Shown here in pieces: positions 23,581 through 33,527 of a stretch of DNA of 64,000 nucleotides. Within the stretch, counting starts at the first letter, position 1. Each line of letters begins with the position of its first letter. This stretch comes from Thermoanaerobaculia bacterium (lineage in GTDB: Bacteria > Acidobacteriota > Thermoanaerobaculia > UBA5066). The position numbers and the translations under genes were made by a program. The DNA lies in contig CAWFJJ010000028.1 in the NCBI GenBank assembly GCA_963816185.1, positions 160,001-224,000 of the forward strand. The letters run 5' to 3'. The notes below the pieces were generated by a model, which did no database searches, had not been told where the DNA came from, and was given only the letters and a program-made list of their open reading frames with translations.

Positions 23581-24294
23581 TTCGAGAATTTGTATCCCAC
23601 GCCGACGACCGTCTCGATGACGTCGTCGCCGATCTTCTTGCGCAGAGAGCGGATGTGGACGTCGACGGTGCGCGTCTCGATATCGGCCGCGTAATCCCAC
23701 AGGCGGGAGAGGATGGTCTCGCGCGAGACGACGCGGCCGCCGCTTCGGATCAGGAGCCAGAGAAGGTCGAACTCCTTCTTCGTGAGATGGAGCGGCTCCC
23801 CGCGCACCTCCACGGTGTGGCGCGCCCGGTCGACCTTGAGGCGCGGATCCTCGTAGACGTCGTCCGGCGACTCGGGCGAGGCCGCGCGGCGCAGGTGCGC
23901 CGCGATGCGGGCGAGGAGCTCCTTCATCGAGAAAGGCTTCGTGACGTAGTCGTCGGCGCCGAGCTCGAAGCCCAGCAGCTTGTCGCGCTCCTCGGCGCGC
24001 GCCGTGAGCATCAAGATCGGGACGTGCCGCGTCTCCTCGTGCTTCTTGAGCTCGCGGCAGATCGTGAGGCCGTCCACGTCCGGGAGGTTCAGGTCGAGAA
24101 CGACGAGGTCCGGCGGGTGTGCGAGGAGCTCGTCGAGCGCCACAAGACCTCCGGCGAAGCGCTCGATCTCGTAGCGCCCGTCCTTCTTGAGGTTATACGT
24201 GAGCGTGAAGGCGAGATCCTCGTCGTCCTCGACGACGGCGATGCGTGGGCCGCGCGGAGAGAGGGGCGCCCGCAGGCGTCGTCCCGCCCCTCAT
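23577..24294 (-). CDS. phoB: OmpR-family response regulator PhoB; start region anomalous
   Basis: The frame of ORF 23577-24143 extends upstream as [19 protein letters not shown]; also [33 protein letters not shown] at 24294 is out of frame. Confidence 0.85.
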
Positions 24295-25136
24295 CCAAAC
24301 CGCCCTGTTATGTAGTCCTCGGTGGTTTTCTGGCGGGGCTTCGTGAAGATGATCTCGGTCTGGTCGAACTCGATGAGCTTGCCGAGCATGAAGAAGCCGG
24401 TCTCGTCCGAAACACGCGCGGCCTGCTGCATGTTGTGCGTCACGATCACGATCGTATAGCGTTCCTTCAGCTCGAAGATGAGCTCCTCGACCTTGGCGGT
24501 CGCGATCGGGTCGAGGGCGGAGCAGGGCTCGTCCATCAGGAGGATCTCGGGCTCGACCGCGAGCGCGCGCGCGATGCAGAGGCGCTGCTGCTGGCCGCCC
24601 GAGAGCCCCAGCGCCGACGTCTTGAGGCGGTCCTTGACCTCGTCCCAGAGCGCGGCGCGCACGAGCGCCGACTCGACGCGCTCGGTGAGCTCGGAGCCGC
24701 TGAGGGCGCTGTTGATCTTCAGGCCGTAAGCCACGTTGTCGAAGATCGACTTCGGGAACGGATTCGACTTCTGAAAGACCATCCCGACGCGCCGCCTCAG
24801 GTCGACGATGTCGATGTCGGATCCGTAGATCTCGCGTCCGTCGAGGAGAACGTCCCCGTCGACCCGCGTGTCCGGGATGATGTCGTTCATTCGGTTCAGG
24901 CACCTCAGGAACGTCGACTTGCCGCAGCCGGAAGGCCCGATGAACGCCGTAACGCACTTCTCGCGGATCTGGATCGAGATGTCGTGCAACGCCTGGCTCC
25001 GCCCGTAGAAGAAGTTCAGGTGCCGCGCCTCCATCCGGACGGGGAGAGGCGCGGCCGCGGCCGTCGCCGTTCCGGGGGCAGAAGACGGTTTCGCGAGGGT
25101 ATCGGCGGCTCTTTCGTTCACGACGATCTCCATCAT
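24291..25136 (-). CDS. pstB: Phosphate ABC transporter ATPase
   Basis: [43 protein letters not shown]. Confidence 0.96.
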   Translation of the reverse strand: MMEIVVNERAADTLAKPSSAPGTATAAAAPLPVRMEARHLNFFYGRSQALHDISIQIREKCVTAFIGPSGCGKSTFLRCLNRMNDIIPDTRVDGDVLLDGREIYGSDIDIVDLRRRVGMVFQKSNPFPKSIFDNVAYGLKINSALSGSELTERVESALVRAALWDEVKDRLKTSALGLSGGQQQRLCIARALAVEPEILLMDEPCSALDPIATAKVEELIFELKERYTIVIVTHNMQQAARVSDETGFFMLGKLIEFDQTEIIFTKPRQKTTEDYITGRFG

Positions 25137-25981
25137 GTGCGGTGCATCCTCTCGAGGCGCCTCGTGACGACGCGGGCGAGGACGGAAAAGAGGAAGACGA
25201 CCGTGACGAGGACGAGAGCGCCGGCCCACGCCTGCCGGTGCCAGTCCTCGTAGGGCGAGATCGCGTACGTGTAGATCTGTACGGTCAGAGAGGCGATCGG
25301 CTGCGAGAGAGTCGTCGACCAGAATCGGTTCGAAAAGGACGTGAAGAGCAGCGGCGCCGTCTCTCCTGAGATGCGCGCGAGCGAGACGAGGATCCCGGTC
25401 ATGATGCCCGGCAGCGCCGCCGGGAGCATGACCGTGAAAGCTGCGCGCGACCGGGTCGCCCCGAGGGCGAGCGCTCCCTCGCGAAGAGTCGAAGGCACGA
25501 GGTTGAGGAGCTCCTCCGTCGTCCGCGTGATGATCGGGATCATCATGAACCCGAGGGCGACGCCACCCGCCACGGCGCTGAAGTGGTGGACGGGCAGGAC
25601 GACGAGCGCGTACGCGAAGATCCCGATCACGATGGACGGGATCCCGTTCAGGACGTCCGCCGTGAAGCGAACCGCGGTCGCGAGCTTCGATTTCGGATAC
25701 TCGGACAGATAGATGCCGGACATGAGGCCGACGGGGATCGCGACACAGGACGCGAGGCCGATGAGGATCAGCGTACCGACGATCGCGTTCGCCATGCCGC
25801 CGCCCGCCTCGCCGACGGGCTTCGGCATCTTCGTGAAGAAGTCCCAACTCAGGGAGGTGACGCCCTGCTTCAGGACGTAGAAGAAGACGAAGAAGAGCGG
25901 CACGAGAGCGAGCGCGACGGACGCACCGCAGAGCCCGACGACGGCGTTCGAGAGGAGCTTGCGGCGCGCGTTGCGGCTCAT
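25133..25981 (-). CDS. pstA: Phosphate ABC permease
   Basis: [36 protein letters not shown]. Confidence 0.94.
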   Translation of the reverse strand: MSRNARRKLLSNAVVGLCGASVALALVPLFFVFFYVLKQGVTSLSWDFFTKMPKPVGEAGGGMANAIVGTLILIGLASCVAIPVGLMSGIYLSEYPKSKLATAVRFTADVLNGIPSIVIGIFAYALVVLPVHHFSAVAGGVALGFMMIPIITRTTEELLNLVPSTLREGALALGATRSRAAFTVMLPAALPGIMTGILVSLARISGETAPLLFTSFSNRFWSTTLSQPIASLTVQIYTYAISPYEDWHRQAWAGALVLVTVVFLFSVLARVVTRRLERMHRT

Positions 25982-26051
25982 CGGCGCCCTCCCCTTACGG
26001 CTCGGCCGCTGCGCGTCCCTTCGATCCTCGCCCGTGGCTCGGCTCTCCGGT

Positions 26052-27020
26052 TCACGCGGCCTCTTCGACGGGCACCGCCGCCGCTTTCGGCGCCGAGGCC
26101 TTGACTTCGCGGTTCACGCTCCAGATCAGGAAGCGCGATGCCGCGTTGATGAGGAGGGTGATCGCGAAGAGGACGAGTCCGATCTCGACGAGAGCGGACA
26201 GATAGAGGTCGTCCGCTGCTTCCGTGAACTCGTTCGCGATGACGGCCGCCATCGTGTACTGCGGTGCGAAGAGGGACGCCATGATCCGAGGGCTGTTTCC
26301 GATGACCATCGTGACGGCCATCGTCTCGCCGATCGCGCGGCCGAGGCCGAGGATGACAGATCCGAGAATCCCGGTCCTTCCGTATCGCATCGCGACCCGA
26401 ATCGCCTCCCAGCGCGTCGCCCCGAGCGCGTACGCGGCTTCGCGCTGCGTCGCAGGCACGGCCTTGAGCACCTCGCGGGCGACCGACGACGTGAACGGGA
26501 TGATCATGACGGCGAGGATGAGCGCGGCCGAGAGCATTCCGACGCCGAGCGGCGGGCCCGAGAAGAGGGGAAGGCTGCGCGCCCAGGCGGGCGTGAGCAC
26601 CTCGAGCTTGCGCACGAGCGGGACGAGGACGAAGACGCCCCAGAGGCCGTAGACGATCGAGGGGATCGCGGCGAGGAGCTCGGTCAGGAAGGCGAGGGGC
26701 GTCCTCAGAACTCGCGGCGAAAGCTCCGAGAGGAAGATCGCGATTCCGAGCGCGACGGGCGTCGAGATCAGGAGGGCGAGGAACGAGGAATAGAGCGTGC
26801 CCCAGATGAACGGCAAGGCGCCGAAATCACCGGAGACGGGATCCCAGGTCTTCGTCTTCCAGAAGCTGAAACCGAACTTCGTGATCGAGAGACGCGATTG
26901 CTGCCAGAGGACGAACGCGATCGCGGCGACGAGTAAGACGACGAGCGCGGCGAAGAAGCCCGTCCCCGCGCGGAACCCGAGATCCTCTCCTTTCCGCCGC
27001 GGGGCCGGGCTCTTCGTCAT
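26052..27020 (-). CDS. pstC: Phosphate ABC permease
   Basis: WDPVSGDFG, LAAIPSIVYGLWG, REAAYALGAT, RAIGETMAV, IANEF. Confidence 0.94.
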   Translation of the reverse strand: MTKSPAPRRKGEDLGFRAGTGFFAALVVLLVAAIAFVLWQQSRLSITKFGFSFWKTKTWDPVSGDFGALPFIWGTLYSSFLALLISTPVALGIAIFLSELSPRVLRTPLAFLTELLAAIPSIVYGLWGVFVLVPLVRKLEVLTPAWARSLPLFSGPPLGVGMLSAALILAVMIIPFTSSVAREVLKAVPATQREAAYALGATRWEAIRVAMRYGRTGILGSVILGLGRAIGETMAVTMVIGNSPRIMASLFAPQYTMAAVIANEFTEAADDLYLSALVEIGLVLFAITLLINAASRFLIWSVNREVKASAPKAAAVPVEEAA

Positions 27021-27040
27021 CGTGTGCTTCCGCTGCGAAC

Positions 27041-28087
27041 TTACAGCTTGATCTTCCCGAGGGCCTTCATTTCGAGGGCGACGACTTCCTTCGGAAGCGG
27101 AGCGTAGCCGAGGCCGGCGCAGTACTTCTGTCCGTCGGTGATCGCCCACTTGAAGAAGTCGATCATGATCTTCGCGCGCGCCTTGTCCTTCGGGTTCTCG
27201 TAGAAGAGCATCCAGGTGAAGGACGAGATCGGATAGGCGTCCGCGCCGGGCGCGTTCGTGATCGAGACGCGGAAATCGGCCGGCATGGCCTTCGCGGCGC
27301 CTGCGGCCGCCGCGGTGACGGTCTCGAGCGAGGCGCGCAGGAACTTGCCGTCGTGGTTCTGGACGTCGCCGAAGCTGATGTTGTTCTGGATCGCGTAGAT
27401 CAGCTCCACGTATCCGATCGCGCCCGGCGTCTGCTTCACGAGGCCTGCGACGCCCTCATTCCCCTTCCCGCCGATGCCCACGGGCCAGTTGACGGACGTC
27501 GCGACTCCGACCTTCTTCTTGAACTCCGGATAGACCTTCGAGAGATAGTCGCAGAAGATGTAGTTCGTTCCCGAGCCGTCGGAGCGATGGACCGCGGCGA
27601 TGTCCAGGCTCGGCAGCGCGACGCCGGGATTCAGCTTCTCGATGGCCGGGTCGTTCCACTTCGTGATCTTGCCGAGGTAGATCTCGGCGAGGACGGCGCC
27701 CGTGAACTTCAGGTTCACCGTGACGCCCGGGATGTTGTACGAGGGTGCGACGCCGCCGAGGACTGTCGGGAAATGGAGGACGGCGGCCGGAGCCGACTTG
27801 AGCTGGTCGTTCGTCATCGGCCCGTCCGAGGCTCCGAAGAAGACCGTGTTGTTCGTGAGCTGCTTGATGCCGCCGCCCGAGCCGATCGACGCGTAGTTGA
27901 TCTCGATGTCCGGATGCTGGTTGTGGTACTCGTCGAACCACTTCGAGTAGATGGGGAAGGGAAACGTCGCTCCCGCGCCGTTGATCTGAACCGTCTGCGC
28001 CTGAGCGGGCACGGCGGTAGCGGCGAGGAAGGCTCCGAAGAGAGCGGGGAAGAGAGACCGGAGATTTCTCTTGAAAGTGGTGTTCAT
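27041..28087 (-). CDS. pstS: Phosphate-binding protein
   Basis: Signal peptide ending AQA; GAGATFP, GSGGG, FGASD, RSDGSGT, GKGNEGV, YPISSFT. Confidence 0.96.
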   Translation of the reverse strand: MNTTFKRNLRSLFPALFGAFLAATAVPAQAQTVQINGAGATFPFPIYSKWFDEYHNQHPDIEINYASIGSGGGIKQLTNNTVFFGASDGPMTNDQLKSAPAAVLHFPTVLGGVAPSYNIPGVTVNLKFTGAVLAEIYLGKITKWNDPAIEKLNPGVALPSLDIAAVHRSDGSGTNYIFCDYLSKVYPEFKKKVGVATSVNWPVGIGGKGNEGVAGLVKQTPGAIGYVELIYAIQNNISFGDVQNHDGKFLRASLETVTAAAAGAAKAMPADFRVSITNAPGADAYPISSFTWMLFYENPKDKARAKIMIDFFKWAITDGQKYCAGLGYAPLPKEVVALEMKALGKIKL

Positions 28088-28145
28088 GTTCGCTTTCGTC
28101 TCCTGAAGTTGCGGCGGCTCAGCGGCGTTCCTCATGGACGTGAGG

Positions 28146-28176
28146 ATGTGAGACGCGCGTGAAGTTAGTGTGAAAG
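28146..28176 (-). promoter_or_regulatory. Pho box upstream of pstS
   Basis: gtga at 28148, 28159 and 28170: three TCAC units on the minus strand at exact 11-bp period. Confidence 0.65.
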
Positions 28177-28248
28177 TCGGCATGCAAGTCTTTCTTTCTA
28201 AGGAATTTATCTTCTTCCATTTTTTTTCTTTTCTTCGTCGTTTTCTCC

Positions 28249-29361
28249 TCAGAAGTTGACGAGCGTGTGAAGCGCGTAGAACTTGTTGTCTGGCTTCGCT
28301 GGGGCGAAATTGTCGAACGTCTCTTGTGTGTAGTCCGCCATGAGGGCCGAGACGATTCCGTGGCCGAAGTTGAACCAATAGGCGATGCCCACGATCGTGC
28401 GCTTCTGCTTCGGGTCGAGGTCCTTGTTGGGCTTGAGCTCGTCGTAGCGGATGAGGGCCTCGAGGCCGAACGGCGTCCTGGGCGTGACCCAGATCGACCA
28501 GTCCCTCGGCTTGACCTCGGCCGCGCCGGGCGAGGCCTGGTTCGTCGCCTCGATGTACGTGAAGCCCGCGTTGATGTATGGGTTCTCGAACGTCGTGTCG
28601 GCGAGCCAGCGGTTCCTCTTCTGGTCCTTCGCGACGTTGTCCACGTTCAGGAAGCCCGTGATCCGCCAGCCCTTCGCGACGGGCATGCTCTCGAGCGGAC
28701 GCAATGAGGCGCGGACCTGGAAGCCCTTCTGGTCGTTCGCTTCGGCCTTGTTGTAGCCCTCGCCGTTGTAGTAGCCGAGGTGCACGTCGCCGTAGTCGTC
28801 CGGGAAGCTGACGTGGCCGGAGAGACCGAGGTCGGACGACGTCAGGAAGCCGTCCCGGTCGACCATCGTCGGACTCTGGAACCGGTAGCGGTAGATGCCC
28901 TCGGCGTAGTCGATGTAAGGCGTCTGCTGCTGGCCGAAGCGCGCCCACGAGCCCTTGGGCAGCCAGTCGTCCAGGTTGAGCTGCGCGAAGGCGTACTTGA
29001 CGCGGACCACGTAGCTGCCGGAGAGCGTTCCCGTCGTGTCAGCCACGCGCACGAGATCGGTCGTGATTCGGTACGAGAGAAGGTGATGGAGCTGGCCGGT
29101 GAAGTTGAGGTACGCGCGCGAGACGTTGAACGCATTCGGGTTGTATGTGCTCCCGTCGGCGTTCTTGGCGGTCGGTGAGTCCGTATACGTGTAGTCGGCG
29201 AACAAAGTGAACCCGACCTTGATCGAGGGCCTGTCGTCCGGCGGGACGTAACCCTCGGCCGGTGTGACCTGAGCCGGCGCGGCGAGCGAGAACGCGAATC
29301 CGACTGCACAGATCGCGGCCGCGAGGCTCAGGCGTCGGACGAGGGTCGTCTGCTTCTGCAT
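28249..29361 (-). CDS. Outer-membrane porin, probably phosphate-starvation-induced (OprO/P-like role)
   Basis: Signal peptide, amphipathic beta strands (VSRAYLNF, VKYAFAQL, RFGQQQTP), terminal Phe; heads the pst operon. Confidence 0.75.
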   Translation of the reverse strand: MQKQTTLVRRLSLAAAICAVGFAFSLAAPAQVTPAEGYVPPDDRPSIKVGFTLFADYTYTDSPTAKNADGSTYNPNAFNVSRAYLNFTGQLHHLLSYRITTDLVRVADTTGTLSGSYVVRVKYAFAQLNLDDWLPKGSWARFGQQQTPYIDYAEGIYRYRFQSPTMVDRDGFLTSSDLGLSGHVSFPDDYGDVHLGYYNGEGYNKAEANDQKGFQVRASLRPLESMPVAKGWRITGFLNVDNVAKDQKRNRWLADTTFENPYINAGFTYIEATNQASPGAAEVKPRDWSIWVTPRTPFGLEALIRYDELKPNKDLDPKQKRTIVGIAYWFNFGHGIVSALMADYTQETFDNFAPAKPDNKFYALHTLVNF

Positions 29362-29425
29362 GAAGTGTTCCTCCTTTTGCAGTCGCAGACTCTTGTCGAA
29401 CGAGATCAAGAGGCCGGGAGAACGA

Positions 29426-29444
29426 GGTGAAGGTTTGGTGAAGG
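29426..29444 (-). promoter_or_regulatory. Pho box upstream of the porin
   Basis: Minus strand ccttcacc-aaa-ccttcacc, a perfect 8-mer at 11-bp period. Confidence 0.65.
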
Positions 29445-29730
29445 TTCTCGAACGCAAAGCCAAGGGGTCGAAACATCGTCTCTTTACAGACTCTTTACTT
29501 CCGCGACGAGATCGAATCGGCCGTGCGACGCTTTGCGAAGGAGGTCGAGCAGGGGAGGCCGCTCACGGGCGCGATCACGCGCAAGAAGGCGTCCGCCGCC
29601 ATCTAGCCTGTTCCTCGTCTGGCTCATGCTCGCGCCCTGGGTGTTCTTCCGTCCCGGCTGCGCCCCCTTACGAGGCGGGGCGACACGCACAGCGCGGTGG
29701 TATGCAACGCCGCCCGACGTGTATCGGATC

Positions 29731-29955
29731 CTAAGGGCGGGCCGGCGAGAGCGGAGAGCTCTTTCTACGGAAGCGCTCGATCTTTCTTTGTTTCTGGCGG
29801 ACGGGAAGGTCGGGATCTCGTTCGGGGATCCGGACTTCCTGCGTCTGGGTGCAGGCGGCGCAAATGCGCGTGACGGAGTCGGGAGGCGGTTTCAGGAGAC
29901 TCACGACCATCTGGTTGGAAGCTCCACATGCCTCGCACGTCCAAAGATGCAGCAT
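29731..29955 (-). CDS. Small zinc-ribbon protein
   Basis: RBS aggagg; MLHLWTCEAC...RICAAC, two CxxC pairs and a basic tail. Confidence 0.6.
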   Translation of the reverse strand: MLHLWTCEACGASNQMVVSLLKPPPDSVTRICAACTQTQEVRIPERDPDLPVRQKQRKIERFRRKSSPLSPARP

Positions 29956-30076
29956 GCCGTTCGACCTCCTCGCGCGCATCTATCACACGGGAGTGCGGTT
30001 CATGTGAAGGCCAATCGAGCAGCAAGATCGAGGCCAGAAATCCAGGCTGACGAGGCCTCATCGCGTGCGTCCCTCC

Positions 30077-31309
30077 TCAGGCAGTGACTGCGGCCGTGCG
30101 TCGCGACGGCATGAGGTGCGTGAGAGGGCCGAGGCGGGCACGATGGCCCTGCCAGTCGACCTCGCGCGAGACGTAGGGCACGACCTGCGTCGCGAGCTGG
30201 AGGAGGTCCTTGGCGGGGAGGAGAAGGAGCTGAGCCGCCGTGAGGTCGGCCCTGGCCGTTCGCGCGAGGACGAAGCCCTGTGCGAGGCGGAGAAAGAGGA
30301 TGGCGCCTGCAGCGACGAACGGCAGAGGCGGGAGGCCGGATGGCCCGAGCGCCGTGCCGCCGCAGGCGAGGAGGGAAAACGGAAGCGGATTGAGGAGGAG
30401 CTCACCCGTGTACGTCAGCTTCGAAAAGGAATACCGGATCTTTCCCCAGCGCACCTGGCGATCCAGAGCCCGCCCGAGGGCGCGGGTCACCGTCACGTTG
30501 CGGACGACGACCGTCGAGAGCGCGATCCGAAAGCCCGCTGCCTTCACCGCGCAGCCGATCGCCTGGTCTTCCGCGAGGACGTCGGTGAACGCGGCGAAGC
30601 CCCCGATCGCGTCGTGAGCGGCGCGCGTCAGTGCCATGGACTTGCCGACGACGCACGCGACGCCGCCGGCCGCGGCCAGGACGGTGCCCGGGAGTACGAA
30701 CGTGAGGAGGTGAAGGCTCTCGATCACGGCGCCGAACGAGCGCGCGCCGGAGCCCGTGAATACGTTCGACACGCAGCCCACCGAGGGATCGTCGAAGGCG
30801 GCCACTGTCGCGGCGACGTCGCCGGGCTCGACGCGTACGTTCGAATCGGACACGAAGAAGATGTCGCCTCGGGCGACGCGTGCTGCGGCGACGAGCCGCT
30901 CGACCTTCGGGTTCTTGAGCGCGACGCCGGTCCCTCCGCCCACGACGAGGCGGAACGGCCCTTCGGGAAAGCGGGCCATGGCGCGGCGGGCGGCGGCCAC
31001 CGCGGGATCGTCCTCCCGCTCGGCCGAGAGGACGACCTCATGCGTCACACCCGACACTCGCGCGAACGACGCGAGGTTCTCCTCGAGGCCGTCGTCAAGC
31101 CCGGAGAGCGGCTTGAGGATCGAAACGCGCGGCGTCGTGGTGGAAGCGGCCGGCCGGAAAGCGTTCGCGGCCGGCTCGCGCCGGCCCCGCGCGAAAGGGC
31201 GGGGCGTCGCCTTCCCCTTCCGGAGGAGACGGACCACGAGGCCCGTCTGGACGGTCGTCAGGACGGCTCCGATTGCGGCCACGGCGAGAAGGACGGTCGT
31301 GAGAGTCAT
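30077..31309 (-). CDS. Ceramide glucosyltransferase / HpnI-like glycosyltransferase
   Basis: ILKPLSG, NPKV, SDSNVR, GKSM, LAED, RQVRW; N- and C-terminal TM segments. Confidence 0.85.
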   Translation of the reverse strand: MTLTTVLLAVAAIGAVLTTVQTGLVVRLLRKGKATPRPFARGRREPAANAFRPAASTTTPRVSILKPLSGLDDGLEENLASFARVSGVTHEVVLSAEREDDPAVAAARRAMARFPEGPFRLVVGGGTGVALKNPKVERLVAAARVARGDIFFVSDSNVRVEPGDVAATVAAFDDPSVGCVSNVFTGSGARSFGAVIESLHLLTFVLPGTVLAAAGGVACVVGKSMALTRAAHDAIGGFAAFTDVLAEDQAIGCAVKAAGFRIALSTVVVRNVTVTRALGRALDRQVRWGKIRYSFSKLTYTGELLLNPLPFSLLACGGTALGPSGLPPLPFVAAGAILFLRLAQGFVLARTARADLTAAQLLLLPAKDLLQLATQVVPYVSREVDWQGHRARLGPLTHLMPSRRTAAVTA

Positions 31310-31319
31310 GGGGCGGACC

Positions 31320-32099
31320 TCATGCGGTCGCCGGCTCGACGAAGCCGGGGATGACGGTGCACGGGCGGAGCGGCTCTGTCTCTTCCGGGATGCGGGCGGC
31401 GACTGGAAGTGGGTCGGGGAGACGCGTGACGCCGAGGCCCTTGCCGGCGCGGAGGGACGCGAGGATCGCGTCCGGGTTCTTCTCGGAGCTCATGAGCGTC
31501 TTCCACGCGTAGAGGTGCGGGCGGTCGTGGAAGTCGCTGTTGCCGACATACGGGAGGCGCGCGCGGGAGACCTGGGGAAAGAGGTCCCAGCGGCACGCCA
31601 GCTCCCAGAGGTCGATGAGCGACGAGACCTCGCGGCGCTTGTTCCAGAGGTAGAACGTGTTCGCGAACCAGTCCGACTGCTCGTTGGGATGACACGCCAC
31701 CGTGACGGCGCCGGCTTCGCGGGCGCGCGTGAGCATCTCCTCGACCGGACCGTTCGCGGGGACGAAGCGGTCGAGGCCGAGCGCGAGGGCGTGGGCCGAG
31801 CGCTTTCCGGTGAGCGCGTTTCGCGTGAGCTCGCAGCCGGCGAGGACGACCATGCGGTACTCGTCCCAGGCGCGCCCCGCCTCGCTGTCGATCTCGGCGC
31901 GGTACGCGTCGAAGTTGTCCCTGGTGATCGAGAGCCGGCAGCCGTGCGCGATCTTCCCGAGGAGCGAGTCCGTATCGACGACGTGGTCTGTGACGGCGAT
32001 TGCATCGTGGCCGGAGCGCCCGAAGAGGTCCACGATTTCGGGGATCGACAGGCGTCCATCCGACCAGGTCGAATGCACGTGAAAGTCGGCCAGCAGCAT
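31320..32099 (-). CDS. PHP-domain metallophosphoesterase
   Basis: DFHVHSTWSDG, AVTDH, GCE, CHP, GNSDFH. Confidence 0.88.
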   Translation of the reverse strand: MLLADFHVHSTWSDGRLSIPEIVDLFGRSGHDAIAVTDHVVDTDSLLGKIAHGCRLSITRDNFDAYRAEIDSEAGRAWDEYRMVVLAGCELTRNALTGKRSAHALALGLDRFVPANGPVEEMLTRAREAGAVTVACHPNEQSDWFANTFYLWNKRREVSSLIDLWELACRWDLFPQVSRARLPYVGNSDFHDRPHLYAWKTLMSSEKNPDAILASLRAGKGLGVTRLPDPLPVAARIPEETEPLRPCTVIPGFVEPATA

Positions 32100-32170
32100 G
32101 GGTCGCCCTCCTCCCCGCGAAAGATGGGCCCCGGGGGTGCGGAAGGGGTGAACCGGCTGTTCAGGCGGCG

Positions 32171-33481
32171 TTAAATGTGCACAGATTTCTGTGCATGGTT
32201 TTCCCGCAATGGCTGCAAGAGGAAAGACTTGCCGATTTCGCGGAAGATCTCCGTCGAGGGCCGCGGGCTGCGCTCGAAGGTCTCGGGATCGACCGCGAAG
32301 AGGCCGAACTTCGGGCCGTAGCCGTCCAGCCACTCGAAGTTGTCGAGGAGCGACCAGTGGAGATAGCCCGCGACGGGCACGCCCCCCGCCTCAGCGTCGG
32401 CCAGCGCCGAAAGATGAGAACTCAGGAAGGCGGGGCGAAGCGCATCCGCACCGTCGGCCAGGCCGTTCTCCGTGACGAGGACCGGGAGGCCGAGCCGGCC
32501 GGCGTCGCCGAGAAGGGCCGCAAAGGACGCGGGTGCGATCTCCCATCCGTTGTCGGTGAGGCCGTGCCCCTGCCGGTCGCGATACGAAAAGCCCGTGAGG
32601 ACACGCGTCGCCGCCGGGAAGCGCACGTGAAGGCGCGAGTAATAGTTGACGCCCACGAGGTCGAGGGAGCCGGGCAGCGCGTCCCGTCGCCCCTTGAAGC
32701 GCGTGAATGGCGGGATCCAGAGATTCCATCGCCCCGTCGCGAACGCCTCGAGAAACGCCGTGTTGTAGAGGCGGCGCGCGTGCCGGGCGAGAAGCGCGTC
32801 GAGCGGATTTCCCGGGCGGTCCGCGGCGAAGTCCATCATGTTGTGCGCGACGCCGATCGCGGTGCCGGGCGCCTCCTGGCGCAGGACGCCGGCGGCCTCC
32901 GCGTGCGCGGCGAGGATGTGGTCGAGGGCGCGCCCCGCGGAGCGCGAGTCGGCGAGGCCGGGCGGGATCTGGCCGTCGAGAAAGCCTCCGAGGAGGAGCA
33001 CGAGCGGCTCGTTGAACGTGAGGAAAAGCCGCACGAGAGGAGACAGGGCGCGCGCGACCTCCCGAGCGAACCGCGCGAAGGCGTCGACCGAAGCCGGAGA
33101 CGTCCAGGGCGTCTCCTCGTGGAACCACCTCGGGTGGGTGTAGTGGTGGAGCGTCACGACCGGCTCGAGGCCGAGAGAGACGAGGCGCTCGACGAAGCGC
33201 CGGTAGCGCGCGAGCGCCGGGGCGTCGAAGACGCCGCGCCGCGGCTCGACGCGGCTCCAGGACACGGAGAATCGGAACGCGTTCGCGCCGAGGGAGGCCG
33301 CGAGCGCGGCGTCCTCCTCGTATCTGCGCCACGAGTCCGCCGCGCGCCCGCACGCTCCGCCCTTCGTGCGGCCGGCGGCTTCCCAGTCCGTCCAGTCGCA
33401 CGGATCACCGCCCTCGACCTGGTAGTGGGAGACGGCGACGCCGAAGAGCCGCGGCCGGTCGGGGAACGGGAAGACGCTCAC
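32171..33481 (-). CDS. Glycoside hydrolase family 1
   Basis: YQVEG, RFSVSWSR, TLHHY, catalytic TFNEP and VTENG, WSLLDNFEW. Confidence 0.92.
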   Translation of the reverse strand: MSVFPFPDRPRLFGVAVSHYQVEGGDPCDWTDWEAAGRTKGGACGRAADSWRRYEEDAALAASLGANAFRFSVSWSRVEPRRGVFDAPALARYRRFVERLVSLGLEPVVTLHHYTHPRWFHEETPWTSPASVDAFARFAREVARALSPLVRLFLTFNEPLVLLLGGFLDGQIPPGLADSRSAGRALDHILAAHAEAAGVLRQEAPGTAIGVAHNMMDFAADRPGNPLDALLARHARRLYNTAFLEAFATGRWNLWIPPFTRFKGRRDALPGSLDLVGVNYYSRLHVRFPAATRVLTGFSYRDRQGHGLTDNGWEIAPASFAALLGDAGRLGLPVLVTENGLADGADALRPAFLSSHLSALADAEAGGVPVAGYLHWSLLDNFEWLDGYGPKFGLFAVDPETFERSPRPSTEIFREIGKSFLLQPLRENHAQKSVHI

Positions 33482-33527
33482 TTCACGTCAAGATAACAGG
33501 GCTACGATACGGTCGAGACGATTGGGA

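Noticed and set aside
24291-24293. Selenocysteine recoding of the pstB TGA
   Set aside because: PstB ends at its normal ITGRFG terminus and the position is not a Cys-equivalent site; an indel is simpler.
29480-29606. Protein-like plus-strand frame (YFRDEIESAVRRFAKEVEQGRPL...)
   Set aside because: No start codon after the upstream in-frame stop; at most a remnant.
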